A stretch of DNA of 64,000 nt from Candidatus Cryptobacteroides sp. GTDB lineage: Bacteria; Bacteroidota; Bacteroidia; Bacteroidales; UBA932. Positions 7,643 through 17,560 of the stretch are shown piece by piece. Position 1 is the first letter of the stretch; every line of letters begins with the position of its first letter. Location: positions 1,683 through 65,682 of the forward strand of contig JBGVQX010000014.1 of assembly GCA_045127905.1 (NCBI GenBank), written 5' to 3'. The notes under the pieces are model-generated. The model saw only the letters and a program-made list of their open reading frames with translations, had not been told where the DNA came from and did no database searches. The translations under genes and the position numbers were made by a program.

Positions 7643-10600
7643 ATGGCATTTAAAGAGTATAAAGGTCTTGATCTTGTTGCGGCAGGCAACGAGGTGCTTG
7701 AAAGATGGAAGAAGAACCATGCGTTCGAGAAGTCGCTTGAATTGAGAGAAGGTGCTCCGGAGTTCATATTCTTCGAGGGTCCGCCTTCAGCCAACGGTAT
7801 GCCGGGCATCCACCATGTGATGGCCCGCTCGATTAAGGATGCCATCTGCCGCTACAAGACCCAGAGCGGATATAAGGTGAACCGTCGTGCAGGATGGGAT
7901 ACTCACGGACTTCCTGTGGAGCTCGGAGTGGAGAAGATGCTGGGCATCACAAAGGAGGATATCGGCACCAAGATCTCTGTGGAGGAATATAACGATGCAT
8001 GCCGCAAGGAAGTGATGAAATACACCGCAGAGTGGGTGAATATGACCGAGCGTGTGGGTTATTGGGTGGATATGAATGATCCGTATATCACCTATGACAA
8101 CCGTTACATAGAGACCTTGTGGTATCTTTTGAAAAAAATCTACGACAAGGGCTTTCTTTATAAAGGAAAGTCCATCCAGCCATATTCCCCTGCAGCAGGA
8201 ACAGGTCTGAGTACGCATGAACTTAACCAGCCGGGCTGCTACCGTGATGTGAAGGATACTACTGCTGTGGCTCAGTTTGCGGTTATCCGTGATGACAAGT
8301 CGGAGTTCCTCTTTAACGAAGGCGTCCCTGCATATTTCCTTGCATGGACCACCACTCCTTGGACGCTTCCATCGAATACCGCTCTTTGCGTGGGCCCGAA
8401 CATCGACTACGTGCGTGTGCTTTCATTCAATCCATATACAGGACAGCCGGCTCTTTACGTCGTGGCTCAGGCTCTCGTCGGTGCGCACTTCAATGTCAAG
8501 GCTGCCGATGTGGCTTTCGAGGACTATAAGCCGGGCGACAAGCTTGTGCCTTTCAAGGTGCTTGACGGCACCCTCAAGGGAAGCGAACTTACCGGTATCC
8601 GTTACGAGCAGCTTATCCCTTGGTTCAACCCGGGTGAGGGTGCCTTCAAGGTAATCCCTGGCGATTATGTGACCACAGAGGATGGTACCGGTATAGTACA
8701 TATCGCGCCTACTTTCGGCGCCGATGATGCAAAGGTTGCCCGCCTCGCAGGCGTTCCTGGTCTTCAGGTTGTGGATAAGAACGGCGACCTTCAGGCGCAG
8801 GTGGACCTCCGCGGACGTTTCTTCTGCGTGGAGGATCTCGATCCGGATTACGCCGCTGCAAACATGGCTCCTGAATATGCCGAGTGGGCTGGACGATATG
8901 TGAAGAACGCATATGATGCTTCTCTCCCGGAAGATGCTCCTACCCTTGATGTGGACATCTGCGTGATGCTCAAGCAGCAGAACAAGGCTTTTAGAATAGA
9001 GAAGCATACACATAACTATCCGCACTGCTGGCGTACTGACAAGCCGGTGCTTTACTATCCTCTCAACTCATGGTTCATCAAGACCACTGCAGTGCGAGAG
9101 AGGATGATGGAGCTCAATGAGCAGATCATGTGGAAGCCGGAATCTACCGGTACAGGTCGTTTTGGAAAATGGCTTGAGAATATTCAGGACTGGAACCTCT
9201 CGAGAAGCCGCTATTGGGGCACACCGCTCCCTATCTGGCAGACAGAGGACGGCAAGGAGGCCAAGTGTATCGGCTCTATCGCCGAGCTTTATGCAGAGAT
9301 CGACAAGGCTGTAGCTGCAGGCTTCATGGCTGAGAATCCTTTCGCTGCGAAGGGCTTCGATCCGGCAGATATGTCGAAGGAAAACTACGACAAGATCGAC
9401 ATCCACCGTCCATATGTGGACAATATCTTCCTTGTTTCAGATAGCGGCCGCAAGATGACGCGCGAGCTCGACCTCATCGACGTATGGTTCGACTCAGGTG
9501 CGATGCCTTATGCGCAGGAGGGTCTGCGTGGCATTGATTCGACAAAGTTCGGATGCACGGCGGACTTCATCGCAGAGGGAGTGGATCAGACACGCGGATG
9601 GTTCTATACCCTCCATGCAATCAACACCATGGTAAGCGACAAATGTGCATTCAAGAGGGTGATTTCCAATGGTCTCGTGCTTGACAAGGACGGCAACAAG
9701 ATGAGTAAGCGCCTTGGCAATGCGGTGGATCCGTTCTGGGCTCTCGATACATATGGCGCTGACGCTCTCAGATGGTATATGCTCACAAACGCACAGCCTT
9801 GGGATAACCTTCGTTTTGACACTAATGGTGTGGACGAGGTGCGCCGCAAATTCTTCGGAACGCTTTACAATACATATTCATTCTTCGCGCTTTACGCAAA
9901 TATCGACGGTTTCGATCCTAAGGCGGAGGCTGTTCCGATAGCGGAACGTCCGGAGATTGACAGGTGGGTGATTTCTCTGCTTAACACTCTCGTGAAGGAT
10001 GTTGTTGCAGCTTATGAGGATTACGATATCACCACAGCAGGACGTCTGATTCAGGACTTTGTGTGCGACCATGTCAGCAACTGGTATGTACGTCTTGGCA
10101 GAAAGAGATTCTGGGGAGGCACAATGGACGCAGATAAGCTCTCGGCTTACCAGACTCTTTATCAGGTGCTTGTGGCTGTAGCAAAGCTGGCTGCGCCTAT
10201 CGCTCCGTTCTTTATGGACCGCATGTATCTTGACCTTGTGGAGGGAGAATCGGAGTCAGTGCACTACGTGGCCATGCCTGTGTGTGACGAGACTGTGATC
10301 GATAAAGATCTCGAGGAACGTATGGTTCTGGCTCAGAGAGCGACATCGATGGTTCTTGCATTGAGGCGTAAGGCTGAGATCAATGTGCGCAAGCCTCTCT
10401 CCAAGGTAATCATTCCTGTGCTTGATGCGCGTGTGAAGGAGCAGCTCGAGAAGGTTAAGGACCTTATTCTGGGTGAAGTAAATGTAAAGGAAGCTGAGTT
10501 TATTTCAGATACAACGGGTCTCATCACCAAGAAGATACGCCCGAACTTCAAGACCCTCGGTAAGATTTATGGCAAGCAGATGAAGGAAATCGCAGCTGCG

Positions 10601-11077
10601 TTTGGAACCCTTTCTCAGGAGGTTATTTCGGAAATCCAGACAGCAGAGGCATCTGGCACGGGATATGTTTTGAGTTTGCCTTCAGGAGACGTGACTCTGA
10701 ACAAGGGTGACTATGAAATATCTTCAGAGGATATGCCGGGATGGCTCGTGGCTACGGAAGGAGCGATGACCATCGCTTTGGATGTTACCATCACCGAGGA
10801 ACTCCGTCAGGAGGGTGTTGCGCGCGAGCTCATCAACCGTATCCAGAATCTGCGCAAGACCAGCGGATTTGATGTGACCGACAAGGTGACGGTATGTATA
10901 TATGCTGACGACGCTTACCTTTCTGAGATTGAAGCATCGCTCGCAAACTATGCTGATTATGTTGCAGCGCAGACACTTGCCCTTACCGTTGAGGCGGCTC
11001 CTATGGCGGATGCCGGAGATGCCCCTGAAGTTGAATGGAACGAAGGTGCTATCCGCATCAGGGTTACCAAGTACTAG
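7643..11077 (+). CDS. ileS: Isoleucine-tRNA ligase (type 2)
   Basis: EGPPSANG, GWDTHGLP, WTTTPWT, EGVDQTRGWF, KMSKR. Confidence 0.98.
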   Translation: MAFKEYKGLDLVAAGNEVLERWKKNHAFEKSLELREGAPEFIFFEGPPSANGMPGIHHVMARSIKDAICRYKTQSGYKVNRRAGWDTHGLPVELGVEKMLGITKEDIGTKISVEEYNDACRKEVMKYTAEWVNMTERVGYWVDMNDPYITYDNRYIETLWYLLKKIYDKGFLYKGKSIQPYSPAAGTGLSTHELNQPGCYRDVKDTTAVAQFAVIRDDKSEFLFNEGVPAYFLAWTTTPWTLPSNTALCVGPNIDYVRVLSFNPYTGQPALYVVAQALVGAHFNVKAADVAFEDYKPGDKLVPFKVLDGTLKGSELTGIRYEQLIPWFNPGEGAFKVIPGDYVTTEDGTGIVHIAPTFGADDAKVARLAGVPGLQVVDKNGDLQAQVDLRGRFFCVEDLDPDYAAANMAPEYAEWAGRYVKNAYDASLPEDAPTLDVDICVMLKQQNKAFRIEKHTHNYPHCWRTDKPVLYYPLNSWFIKTTAVRERMMELNEQIMWKPESTGTGRFGKWLENIQDWNLSRSRYWGTPLPIWQTEDGKEAKCIGSIAELYAEIDKAVAAGFMAENPFAAKGFDPADMSKENYDKIDIHRPYVDNIFLVSDSGRKMTRELDLIDVWFDSGAMPYAQEGLRGIDSTKFGCTADFIAEGVDQTRGWFYTLHAINTMVSDKCAFKRVISNGLVLDKDGNKMSKRLGNAVDPFWALDTYGADALRWYMLTNAQPWDNLRFDTNGVDEVRRKFFGTLYNTYSFFALYANIDGFDPKAEAVPIAERPEIDRWVISLLNTLVKDVVAAYEDYDITTAGRLIQDFVCDHVSNWYVRLGRKRFWGGTMDADKLSAYQTLYQVLVAVAKLAAPIAPFFMDRMYLDLVEGESESVHYVAMPVCDETVIDKDLEERMVLAQRATSMVLALRRKAEINVRKPLSKVIIPVLDARVKEQLEKVKDLILGEVNVKEAEFISDTTGLITKKIRPNFKTLGKIYGKQMKEIAAAFGTLSQEVISEIQTAEASGTGYVLSLPSGDVTLNKGDYEISSEDMPGWLVATEGAMTIALDVTITEELRQEGVARELINRIQNLRKTSGFDVTDKVTVCIYADDAYLSEIEASLANYADYVAAQTLALTVEAAPMADAGDAPEVEWNEGAIRIRVTKY

Positions 11078-11106
11078 AATTTAATAACTATAAAACTATA
11101 AAAACT

Positions 11107-11517
11107 ATGGCAGAAGAAGTAAAGAGCACACCAGAGTTGAAAGTGCGTTACAGTGATGAGGAGCTCCAGGAGTTCAAGGCCATCATTCTTGAGATGCTTG
11201 AAAAGGCTAAAAAGGAATATAAAACTCTTCGCGATATCATTACTCATGACTCGAGCAATGACATTGAGGATACATCTCCTACATTCAAGGTGATGGAAGA
11301 GGGTGCTACAGCCCTTTCAAAGGAAGAGGCAGGTGCACTTGCGCAGCGTCAGTACAAGTTTATCCAGAATCTCGAGGCGGCACTCATCAGAATCGAGAAC
11401 AAGACATATGGCATATGCCGTATGACAGGAAAGCTGATTCCAAAGGAAAGACTTCGTCTTGTGCCTCATGCCACTCTTACCGTGGAGGCAAAGGAGATGA
11501 TGAACAAGAATAAGTAA
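11107..11517 (+). CDS. TraR/DksA-family transcription factor
   Basis: RYSDEELQEF...ALIRIENKTYGICRMTGKLIPKERL; ileS-dksA-lspA synteny. Confidence 0.9.
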   Translation: MAEEVKSTPELKVRYSDEELQEFKAIILEMLEKAKKEYKTLRDIITHDSSNDIEDTSPTFKVMEEGATALSKEEAGALAQRQYKFIQNLEAALIRIENKTYGICRMTGKLIPKERLRLVPHATLTVEAKEMMNKNK

Positions 11518-11523
11518 TCCTTT

Positions 11524-12111
11524 ATGAAGATTTCAAAAGGAACACGACTGTTCATCCTCGGTGCACTACTCGTAGTCATCGATCAGATTATCAAGGTTCT
11601 CGTCAAGACCAATATGGATCTTGGCGAGACCATTGATGTAATAGGGGACTGGTTCAAACTCCATTTTGTCCTCAATAAGGGAATGGCCTTCGGTATGGCT
11701 TTCGGTGGTGTCTGGGGTAAGGTGCTTCTGTCGCTTTTCCGCATCGTCCTCTTTGGCGGACTCTGCTGGTGGATCCGCGGCCTTGCCAGAAAACCCGACA
11801 CTCCGACAGGAGTCCTTGTCGGACTTACCATGATTACTGCCGGAGCAATGGGAAACATCATAGACTGTTTCTTTTACGGCCTCATATGGCCTGAAACCAT
11901 TATGCCTGGCGCTCCGTTTGCCTTTATGTTCGGACAGGTGGTGGATATGTTCTATTTCCCTCTCTTCGAGTACCAGCTGCCATGGATGGCCCATCCGGAA
12001 ATTTTCTTCGGTGCCGTCTTCAACTTTGCTGACAGTTGCGTCACCTGCGGAGCAATCTATCTCCTGTTTTTTCAGTATAAATTCTTCTCAAAAGAAGAAA
12101 AAAGTAAATAA
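11524..12111 (+). CDS. lspA: Lipoprotein signal peptidase II
   Basis: DQIIK, NKGMAFG, GAMGNIID, VVD, FNFAD. Confidence 0.95.
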   Translation: MKISKGTRLFILGALLVVIDQIIKVLVKTNMDLGETIDVIGDWFKLHFVLNKGMAFGMAFGGVWGKVLLSLFRIVLFGGLCWWIRGLARKPDTPTGVLVGLTMITAGAMGNIIDCFFYGLIWPETIMPGAPFAFMFGQVVDMFYFPLFEYQLPWMAHPEIFFGAVFNFADSCVTCGAIYLLFFQYKFFSKEEKSK

Positions 12112-12114
12112 AAA

Positions 12115-12145
12115 TTTGCGGATTCGGAAATTATCCCTATCTTTG
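12115..12145 (+). promoter_or_regulatory. Bacteroidota sigmaA promoter for tRNA-Ser
   Basis: TTTG (12115-12118), 19 nt, TATCTTTG (12138-12145). Confidence 0.8.
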
Positions 12146-12203
12146 CAATCCCTTTTGAGAGGGAAATGTGACCAATGGGTGTAAATCCCGCTTCAAAAGT
12201 TTT

Positions 12204-12288
12204 GGAGAGTTGGCAGAGTGGTCGAATGCGGCGGTCTTGAAAACCGTTGATCTTAACGGGTCCGGGGGTTCGAATCCCTCACTCTCCG
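12204..12288 (+). tRNA. tRNA-Ser(TGA)
   Basis: GGAGAGT/ACTCTCC acceptor stem, anticodon TGA at 12238-12240, long variable arm, GTTCGAATC; CCA not encoded. Confidence 0.97.
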
Positions 12289-12295
12289 CAAAAAT

Positions 12296-12326
12296 GTGGC
12301 TTACAGATATCTGTGAGCCACTTTTC
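12296..12326 (+). terminator. Intrinsic terminator after the tRNA
   Basis: GTGGCTTACAG ATAT CTGTGAGCCAC TTTT. Confidence 0.75.
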
Positions 12327-12383
12327 GTTTATAGTGTGACAAAAAATGTGACGAATCTGGGATCACGGGAAAATCTGGCGAGG

Positions 12384-12477
12384 CGGCCACAAAATCGGCT
12401 CCCTATGTGGCCGACTCACGTAAAAATACCATTCCGGCCACAAAAACGGCTCCCTATGTGGCCGACTCACGTAAAAA
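12384..12477 (+). repeat. REP-like hairpin doublet (43-bp direct repeat, 51-bp period)
   Basis: CGGCCACA-AAA(T/A)CGGCTCCCTA-TGTGGCCG-ACTCACGTAAAAA x2, one mismatch. Confidence 0.85.
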
Positions 12478-12541
12478 CTTGCTGAATATATCTCCAGCAG
12501 TGGTGGTTGAGAAGGATAAACAGATTTGATTTGTAAAAGTT

Positions 12542-13036
12542 ATGTATATAGGATTGATATCAGACACACATGGTGTATTTGACCGGCAGTTCCGCGATTT
12601 TCTGGAACCTGTGGATCAGATCTGGCATGCCGGTGATTTCGGGGGTGGGATGGAACTTGCCAAGGAAATTGCAGAGTTCAAGCCTCTTGTGGGCGTTGCA
12701 GGCAACTGCGATAATCATGCTCTCCGTTTCGAACATCCGCTTCATCGTTTCTTCGAGTGTGAGGGAGTCAAGGTACTTATGATCCATGTGGGAGGCTATC
12801 CGGGCAGGTATGACCCGCGTGCAAGAGAGCTTATTGAACGCTATCGTCCGGATCTTTTTGTGTGCGGACATTCCCATATACTTAAGGTCGTGCGTGATAC
12901 AAGGCGCGGTGGCATGTTGGTGATGAATCCCGGAGCGGCTGGCATTCAAGGATTTCATGTTGTCAGGACAGCTCTGCGCTTCCATATTGATGACGGAAAG
13001 ATACACGATGTGGAGGTCTTCGAACTTGATAGGTAG
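12542..13036 (+). CDS. YfcE-family metallophosphoesterase
   Basis: SDTHG, HAGD, GNCD, GHSH, NPGA. Confidence 0.92.
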   Translation: MYIGLISDTHGVFDRQFRDFLEPVDQIWHAGDFGGGMELAKEIAEFKPLVGVAGNCDNHALRFEHPLHRFFECEGVKVLMIHVGGYPGRYDPRARELIERYRPDLFVCGHSHILKVVRDTRRGGMLVMNPGAAGIQGFHVVRTALRFHIDDGKIHDVEVFELDR

Positions 13037-13111
13037 AGGCTGTTGGAATTTTCAATGAAATTTCCTAAGTTTGTGTTTTCGAGATATGTTTAATTTAAAT
13101 TTTTAAGGACT

Positions 13112-13468
13112 ATGAAGAAGATTTTGATGTCTATGACAGTTGTAGCTGCGATGTTCGCTTTGGCATCTTGCGCATGCTGCAATGAATGTGAGAAGAAGGC
13201 AGAAGGCTGCTGCGAGAAGACTGAGTGCTGCGAGGCAAAATGTGATACAAAATGTGATACAAAATGCGATGCACAGTGCGCTGAGAAGCAGGGTTGCTGC
13301 GAGCAGAAGTGTGACGAGGCTAAGTGTGCAGCATGCGACAAGGCAGCTGAGTGCACAAAGAAGGCAGGTTGCGAGCAGAAGTGTGCAGATAAAGAGGGCT
13401 GCTGCGAGAAGAAATGCGAGAAGCAGTGTGAGCAGCAGTGCGAGCAGAAGTGTGCTGACCAGAAATAA
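13112..13468 (+). CDS. Cys-rich lipoprotein (metallothionein-like composition)
   Basis: Lipobox LASC; 26 Cys in 99 mature residues in CC and CxxxC patterns; own TAAGTTTG promoter (13066-13073) and terminator. Confidence 0.8.
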   Translation: MKKILMSMTVVAAMFALASCACCNECEKKAEGCCEKTECCEAKCDTKCDTKCDAQCAEKQGCCEQKCDEAKCAACDKAAECTKKAGCEQKCADKEGCCEKKCEKQCEQQCEQKCADQK

Positions 13469-13489
13469 TCCGTTTCGAACAGGAATAAT

Positions 13490-13527
13490 AAGAGATACTG
13501 CCAGGTGTGGCGGTATCTCTTTTTTTT
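13490..13527 (+). terminator. Intrinsic terminator
   Basis: AAGAGATACTGCCA...TGGCGGTATCTCTT followed by a T-run. Confidence 0.85.
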
Positions 13528-13586
13528 GTAAGTTTGCATCTGCAATTAAAGGCTTCCGCATGTGCGGGGTATAAGAACAATAATAT

Positions 13587-14975
13587 ATGGCGACAGCGAA
13601 GACAAAGACAGTGTGGTTCTGCAAGGAGTGTGGAAACGAAAGTCCGAAATGGATGGGAAAATGCCCTGCATGCGGCGAATGGAATACGATGGTCGAGGAG
13701 ACAGTGGCGACCGGAAAGAAAGGCACCCAGGCAGTCTCGACTACAGTTCCCGGTGCCGGCCATAAACCTGTTCCTTTGTCTGATATCGATTCCTCAGTAG
13801 AGCATCGTATATCCCTGAATAACGGGGAAGTGGACCGCATTCTCGGAGGAGGTCTTGTCGAAGGGTCACTGGTGCTGATAGGCGGTGAGCCTGGCATCGG
13901 AAAATCCACCCTTTCTCTACAGATACCTCTGCACTGCAGCAACCTCAAGACACTTTATGTGACCGGCGAAGAAAGCGCCAAGCAGGTCAAGCTCAGGGCG
14001 GCAAGAATCGGAGGAGACGACTCCAACTGTATGATCTACAGTGAGACCCTGATGGAAAATATCATAGCCGAGGCCCGCAGGATGATGCCGGATATGATGG
14101 TGGTGGACTCGGTCCAGACCATGTTCTCTCAGGCTGTGGAATCTTCCCCTGGCTCCGTGACTCAGATCAAGGAAACCGCTTCGATGCTTCTCAGATTTGC
14201 TAAAGAGACAGGTGTTCCCGTAATACTTATAGGTCACATCACCAAGGAAGGCAGCATAGCCGGTCCGAAGATTCTGGAACATATCGTGGATGTCGTGCTT
14301 CAGTTCGAGGGCGACAACAGAGGTGCCTACAGGCTTTTAAGGAGCATCAAGAACCGTTTCGGATCTACATCAGAGCTGGCGGTGTTCGAGATGACTGGCA
14401 AGGGACTGCGTGAGGTCACCAATCCTTCTGAAATGCTTATCCCTATGCATGAAGAGGGCCTTAGCGGTGTGGCTGTAAGTGCAATGCTTGACGGTACGCG
14501 CCCGTTTCTTATTGAGGTGCAGGCCCTTGTAAGTTCAGCGGCATACGGCACGCCTCAGCGCAGTGCGACCGGCTTTGATGTCAGGCGTCTGAATATGCTT
14601 CTGGCGGTGCTGGAGAAGCGTGCCGGATTCAGACTAAGTGTGAAGGATGTATTCCTGAACATGGCCGGTGGCCTCAAGGTGAGTGATCCGGCATGTGACC
14701 TTGCAGTGATAAGCGCTGTGCTTTCTTCAAATTTCGATATATCCATCCCTGCTGATGTGTGCTTTGCAGGCGAGATCGGCCTTAGTGGTGAGGTACGCCC
14801 TGTAGCTCAGACCGACAGAAGAGTGATGGAAGCGGCAAGGCTTGGATTCAAGCGCATCTATGTGTCGTCTTTCAGCAGTATGGATGGCCTTTCGGGGCAC
14901 GACCTGGGTGGCATAGAAGTCATAAAGGTTGCGGATGTGCCTGCTCTCTGCCGCTCCCTCTTCAAAGGAGACTAG
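13587..14975 (+). CDS. radA: DNA repair protein RadA/Sms
   Basis: C4 zinc finger, GEPGIGKST, KNRFG, Lon-like C-terminus. Confidence 0.97.
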   Translation: MATAKTKTVWFCKECGNESPKWMGKCPACGEWNTMVEETVATGKKGTQAVSTTVPGAGHKPVPLSDIDSSVEHRISLNNGEVDRILGGGLVEGSLVLIGGEPGIGKSTLSLQIPLHCSNLKTLYVTGEESAKQVKLRAARIGGDDSNCMIYSETLMENIIAEARRMMPDMMVVDSVQTMFSQAVESSPGSVTQIKETASMLLRFAKETGVPVILIGHITKEGSIAGPKILEHIVDVVLQFEGDNRGAYRLLRSIKNRFGSTSELAVFEMTGKGLREVTNPSEMLIPMHEEGLSGVAVSAMLDGTRPFLIEVQALVSSAAYGTPQRSATGFDVRRLNMLLAVLEKRAGFRLSVKDVFLNMAGGLKVSDPACDLAVISAVLSSNFDISIPADVCFAGEIGLSGEVRPVAQTDRRVMEAARLGFKRIYVSSFSSMDGLSGHDLGGIEVIKVADVPALCRSLFKGD

Positions 14976-16348
14976 GAATATTTCCTTGGGAATCGGAATA
15001 ATATGGCCATCACAGCCATAGCTCCCATGATGAAAGGATAATAGAGGTATCCTATTATGGATATTGATGATATGCCCGCAAGCCCGGCGGCCATCAGCAG
15101 CTGTGCTCCATATGGAATGAGCCCCTGTATCAGGCATGAGAATGTGTCCAGGATGCTTGCAACCTTGCGCGGGTCCAGTCCGAACCGGCGGCTTATGTCG
15201 CGGGCGATCCCTCCTGTGGTGATGATGGCTACGGTGTTGTTGGCGGTGCAAAGATTGGACAAGGCAACCAAGGCCGCAATGCTGAATTCTGCGCCTCTTT
15301 TCCCACGGATCCGGCTAGTCAGTCCCTTTACGATGAAGTCCAGTCCGCCGTTTGCGCGGATCATATCAAGCATTCCTCCGGCCATCATAGTGACTATTAT
15401 GAGGTCTCCCATGCCGCTGATGCCGTTTCCTATGGCTCCCAGGTAGCCGCTCCAAGATATCAGCCCTCCAGCCATGCCGATTGTTCCGTTAAGCAGCAGA
15501 CCTATTGTAAGTACGGCGGTGACATTCATTCCGGCGAGTGCCAGGATTATTACGCTTATGTAAGGAATCAGAAGGAATATGTTTACAGGACCGGACTCTG
15601 GTACGCTTGACATCCCGGCGCCGAGGACCACATAAAGTATCGTGACTGCAAGGGCAGCAGGACCTACAATCCTGAAATTGACCTTGAATTTGTCGGCCAT
15701 GGAACATTCCTGGGTTCTGGTGGCAGCTATTGTGGTGTCGGATATGAATGAAAGGTTGTCTCCAAAAAACGCACCTCCCACTATGATTGCAGTGATGAAG
15801 GGAATGCTTGAGATCGCTTCCGGACCTCCGGTCAATGCAAGTTCCTCCGCAATTCCGGATGCCACCGGCACGAGTGCTACAATAGTTCCCACACTTGTTC
15901 CTATAGACATGGAGATGAAGCAGGCAGCAAGGAACAATCCTGCGTACAGCAGGTTGCCCGGCAGGATTTTCATAGCAAGGTTCACCGCTGCATCGATAGC
16001 CCCGATTTCCTTAGCGGTGGAGGCGAAAGCACCGGCAAGCACGAAAATCCATATCATAAGAAGCACATTCTTGTTGCCTGCGCCCTCAGAGAAGATGGCT
16101 ATATTCTGCTCCAGTGAGCGTCCTCTGCTTATTAACATCGCATAGACAGAAGCGACCATGAATGCTGCGGAAATGGGAATCCTGTAGAAGTCGTTCACGA
16201 TAAGCGATGATACAAGATACACTGCAAGGAATACCACTATAGGACTCAAAGCCAGCCATCCGTTCATAGACTTGCCTCTATCTCCGAGTACTTTCTTTCT
16301 TATGTTATCTGAAAGTTCCGATATGTATCTGTTTGGAATGATTCCCAT
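14972..16348 (-). CDS. NhaC-family antiporter / amino-acid transporter
   Basis: GTSVGT, GGAFFGDNLSFISDTTIAA; start placed downstream of minus-strand TATCTTTG at 16370-16377. Confidence 0.85.
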   Translation of the reverse strand: MGIIPNRYISELSDNIRKKVLGDRGKSMNGWLALSPIVVFLAVYLVSSLIVNDFYRIPISAAFMVASVYAMLISRGRSLEQNIAIFSEGAGNKNVLLMIWIFVLAGAFASTAKEIGAIDAAVNLAMKILPGNLLYAGLFLAACFISMSIGTSVGTIVALVPVASGIAEELALTGGPEAISSIPFITAIIVGGAFFGDNLSFISDTTIAATRTQECSMADKFKVNFRIVGPAALAVTILYVVLGAGMSSVPESGPVNIFLLIPYISVIILALAGMNVTAVLTIGLLLNGTIGMAGGLISWSGYLGAIGNGISGMGDLIIVTMMAGGMLDMIRANGGLDFIVKGLTSRIRGKRGAEFSIAALVALSNLCTANNTVAIITTGGIARDISRRFGLDPRKVASILDTFSCLIQGLIPYGAQLLMAAGLAGISSISIIGYLYYPFIMGAMAVMAILFRFPRKYS

Positions 16349-16369
16349 GTATAAAAATTTCAGCGGGCG

Positions 16370-16396
16370 CAAAGATACATAAAATTCTTATCTTTG
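16370..16396. promoter_or_regulatory. Back-to-back divergent -7 elements
   Basis: CAAAGATA (16370-16377, minus strand) and TATCTTTG (16389-16396, plus strand). Confidence 0.7.
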
Positions 16397-16401
16397 CGAT
16401 A

Positions 16402-17043
16402 ATGAAAAAGAATGTCATAAAGGCTCCTATGGGAGAGACAACAGTCCTTCTCCATACATGTTGTGCTCCATGTTCGAGCGCAATCATCGAGGCGTTGCTC
16501 CACAGCGGCATAACTCCTGTCATATATTACTGCAACCCCAATATCTATCCTTTCGAGGAATATGAGATACGCAAGAACGAGTGTACACGTTATGCCCGAT
16601 CCTTGGGATTGGAGATTGTAGATGCAGACTATGATCATGATAGCTGGCTTGATCAGATGACGGGACTTGAAAATGAGCCCGAAAGGGGAGGGCGCTGCCT
16701 CAAATGCTTTAAGATGCGACTATTGCGCACTGCACAATATGCCAGGGAGCGTGGAATTAAAGTTATCACTACCACGCTGGCTTCATCCCGCTGGAAGTCT
16801 TTGGACCAGATTAATGAAGCTGGGCGCTGGGCCTGTTACAATCTTGACGGCACGAGTGACTTGGATGCAGGCGAAAACATACCGGGGACAAGCACAATAC
16901 TACCACAGAACGAAGTGATCTGGTGGGAACAGAACTGGAGAAAAGGCGGCCTCCAGGAGCGCCGCCTTCAGATCATAAAGGAATATGACTTCTACAACCA
17001 GCTATACTGCGGATGTGAATTCAGTATGCGTAAGGATGCCTAG
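16402..17043 (+). CDS. queH: Epoxyqueuosine reductase QueH
   Basis: LLHTCCAPCS, NPNIYP, RCLKCF, YNQLYCGCEFS. Confidence 0.93.
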   Translation: MKKNVIKAPMGETTVLLHTCCAPCSSAIIEALLHSGITPVIYYCNPNIYPFEEYEIRKNECTRYARSLGLEIVDADYDHDSWLDQMTGLENEPERGGRCLKCFKMRLLRTAQYARERGIKVITTTLASSRWKSLDQINEAGRWACYNLDGTSDLDAGENIPGTSTILPQNEVIWWEQNWRKGGLQERRLQIIKEYDFYNQLYCGCEFSMRKDA

Positions 17044-17489
17044 AATGTGTCTGCTCCCTTGACTTCGATATGTGGAGTGTCCTTCACATCTTCAGGAATG
17101 CTGCATTTCTCAAAAGTGCTGGTTTCAGCTGCATCGTTGTTGGAAACAAGTTTCAGCTCAGAATCTTTCACGGCAACGTTGTATGATGCGGCCCAGTCTT
17201 CTCCGTCGTTGTATTTTCCGGAGAGAAGCGTGCCTTCAAGCCCCCATGTGCCTCGGTAAAGACGGTAATCTCCGTCTCCTGCCTTCTGGTATAGCTCGAA
17301 CTTACCGTCTTCCGTAAGACTTATATAAATGTCGGTGTCTGCAGTGGGAATCTCTGTGCTGTGCCATTCCCCGCAAACCTGTTCCTTCAGCGACGGCTGT
17401 TGATCGCTTCCGCCCTGCTGGGTGCCTGCCTTGTCGGCGCATGCTGCAATCAGAAGTGCAGCTGCTATGATATATATTATCCTTTTCAT
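17040..17489 (-). CDS. Lipocalin-like lipoprotein
   Basis: Lipobox IAAC, VCGEW, GTW beta-rich pattern. Confidence 0.7.
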   Translation of the reverse strand: MKRIIYIIAAALLIAACADKAGTQQGGSDQQPSLKEQVCGEWHSTEIPTADTDIYISLTEDGKFELYQKAGDGDYRLYRGTWGLEGTLLSGKYNDGEDWAASYNVAVKDSELKLVSNNDAAETSTFEKCSIPEDVKDTPHIEVKGADTF

Positions 17490-17560
17490 ACTATCAGTTC
17501 CTCTTGTCATTACTTGTGTCGATGCTTGCATAAATCATTTCGATCTCAGTCAGGGGAGGG

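Noticed and set aside
11107-11517. DksA-like protein with only one Cys
   Set aside because: The zinc-less form is usual in Bacteroidota
12326-12360. Possible att scar or island after tRNA-Ser (TGTGAC repeats)
   Set aside because: No duplicate of the tRNA 3' end and no adjacent integrase seen
13103-13948. Long antisense ORFs such as 13103-13948 and 20805-21710
   Set aside because: They are shadows of well-supported genes on the opposite strand
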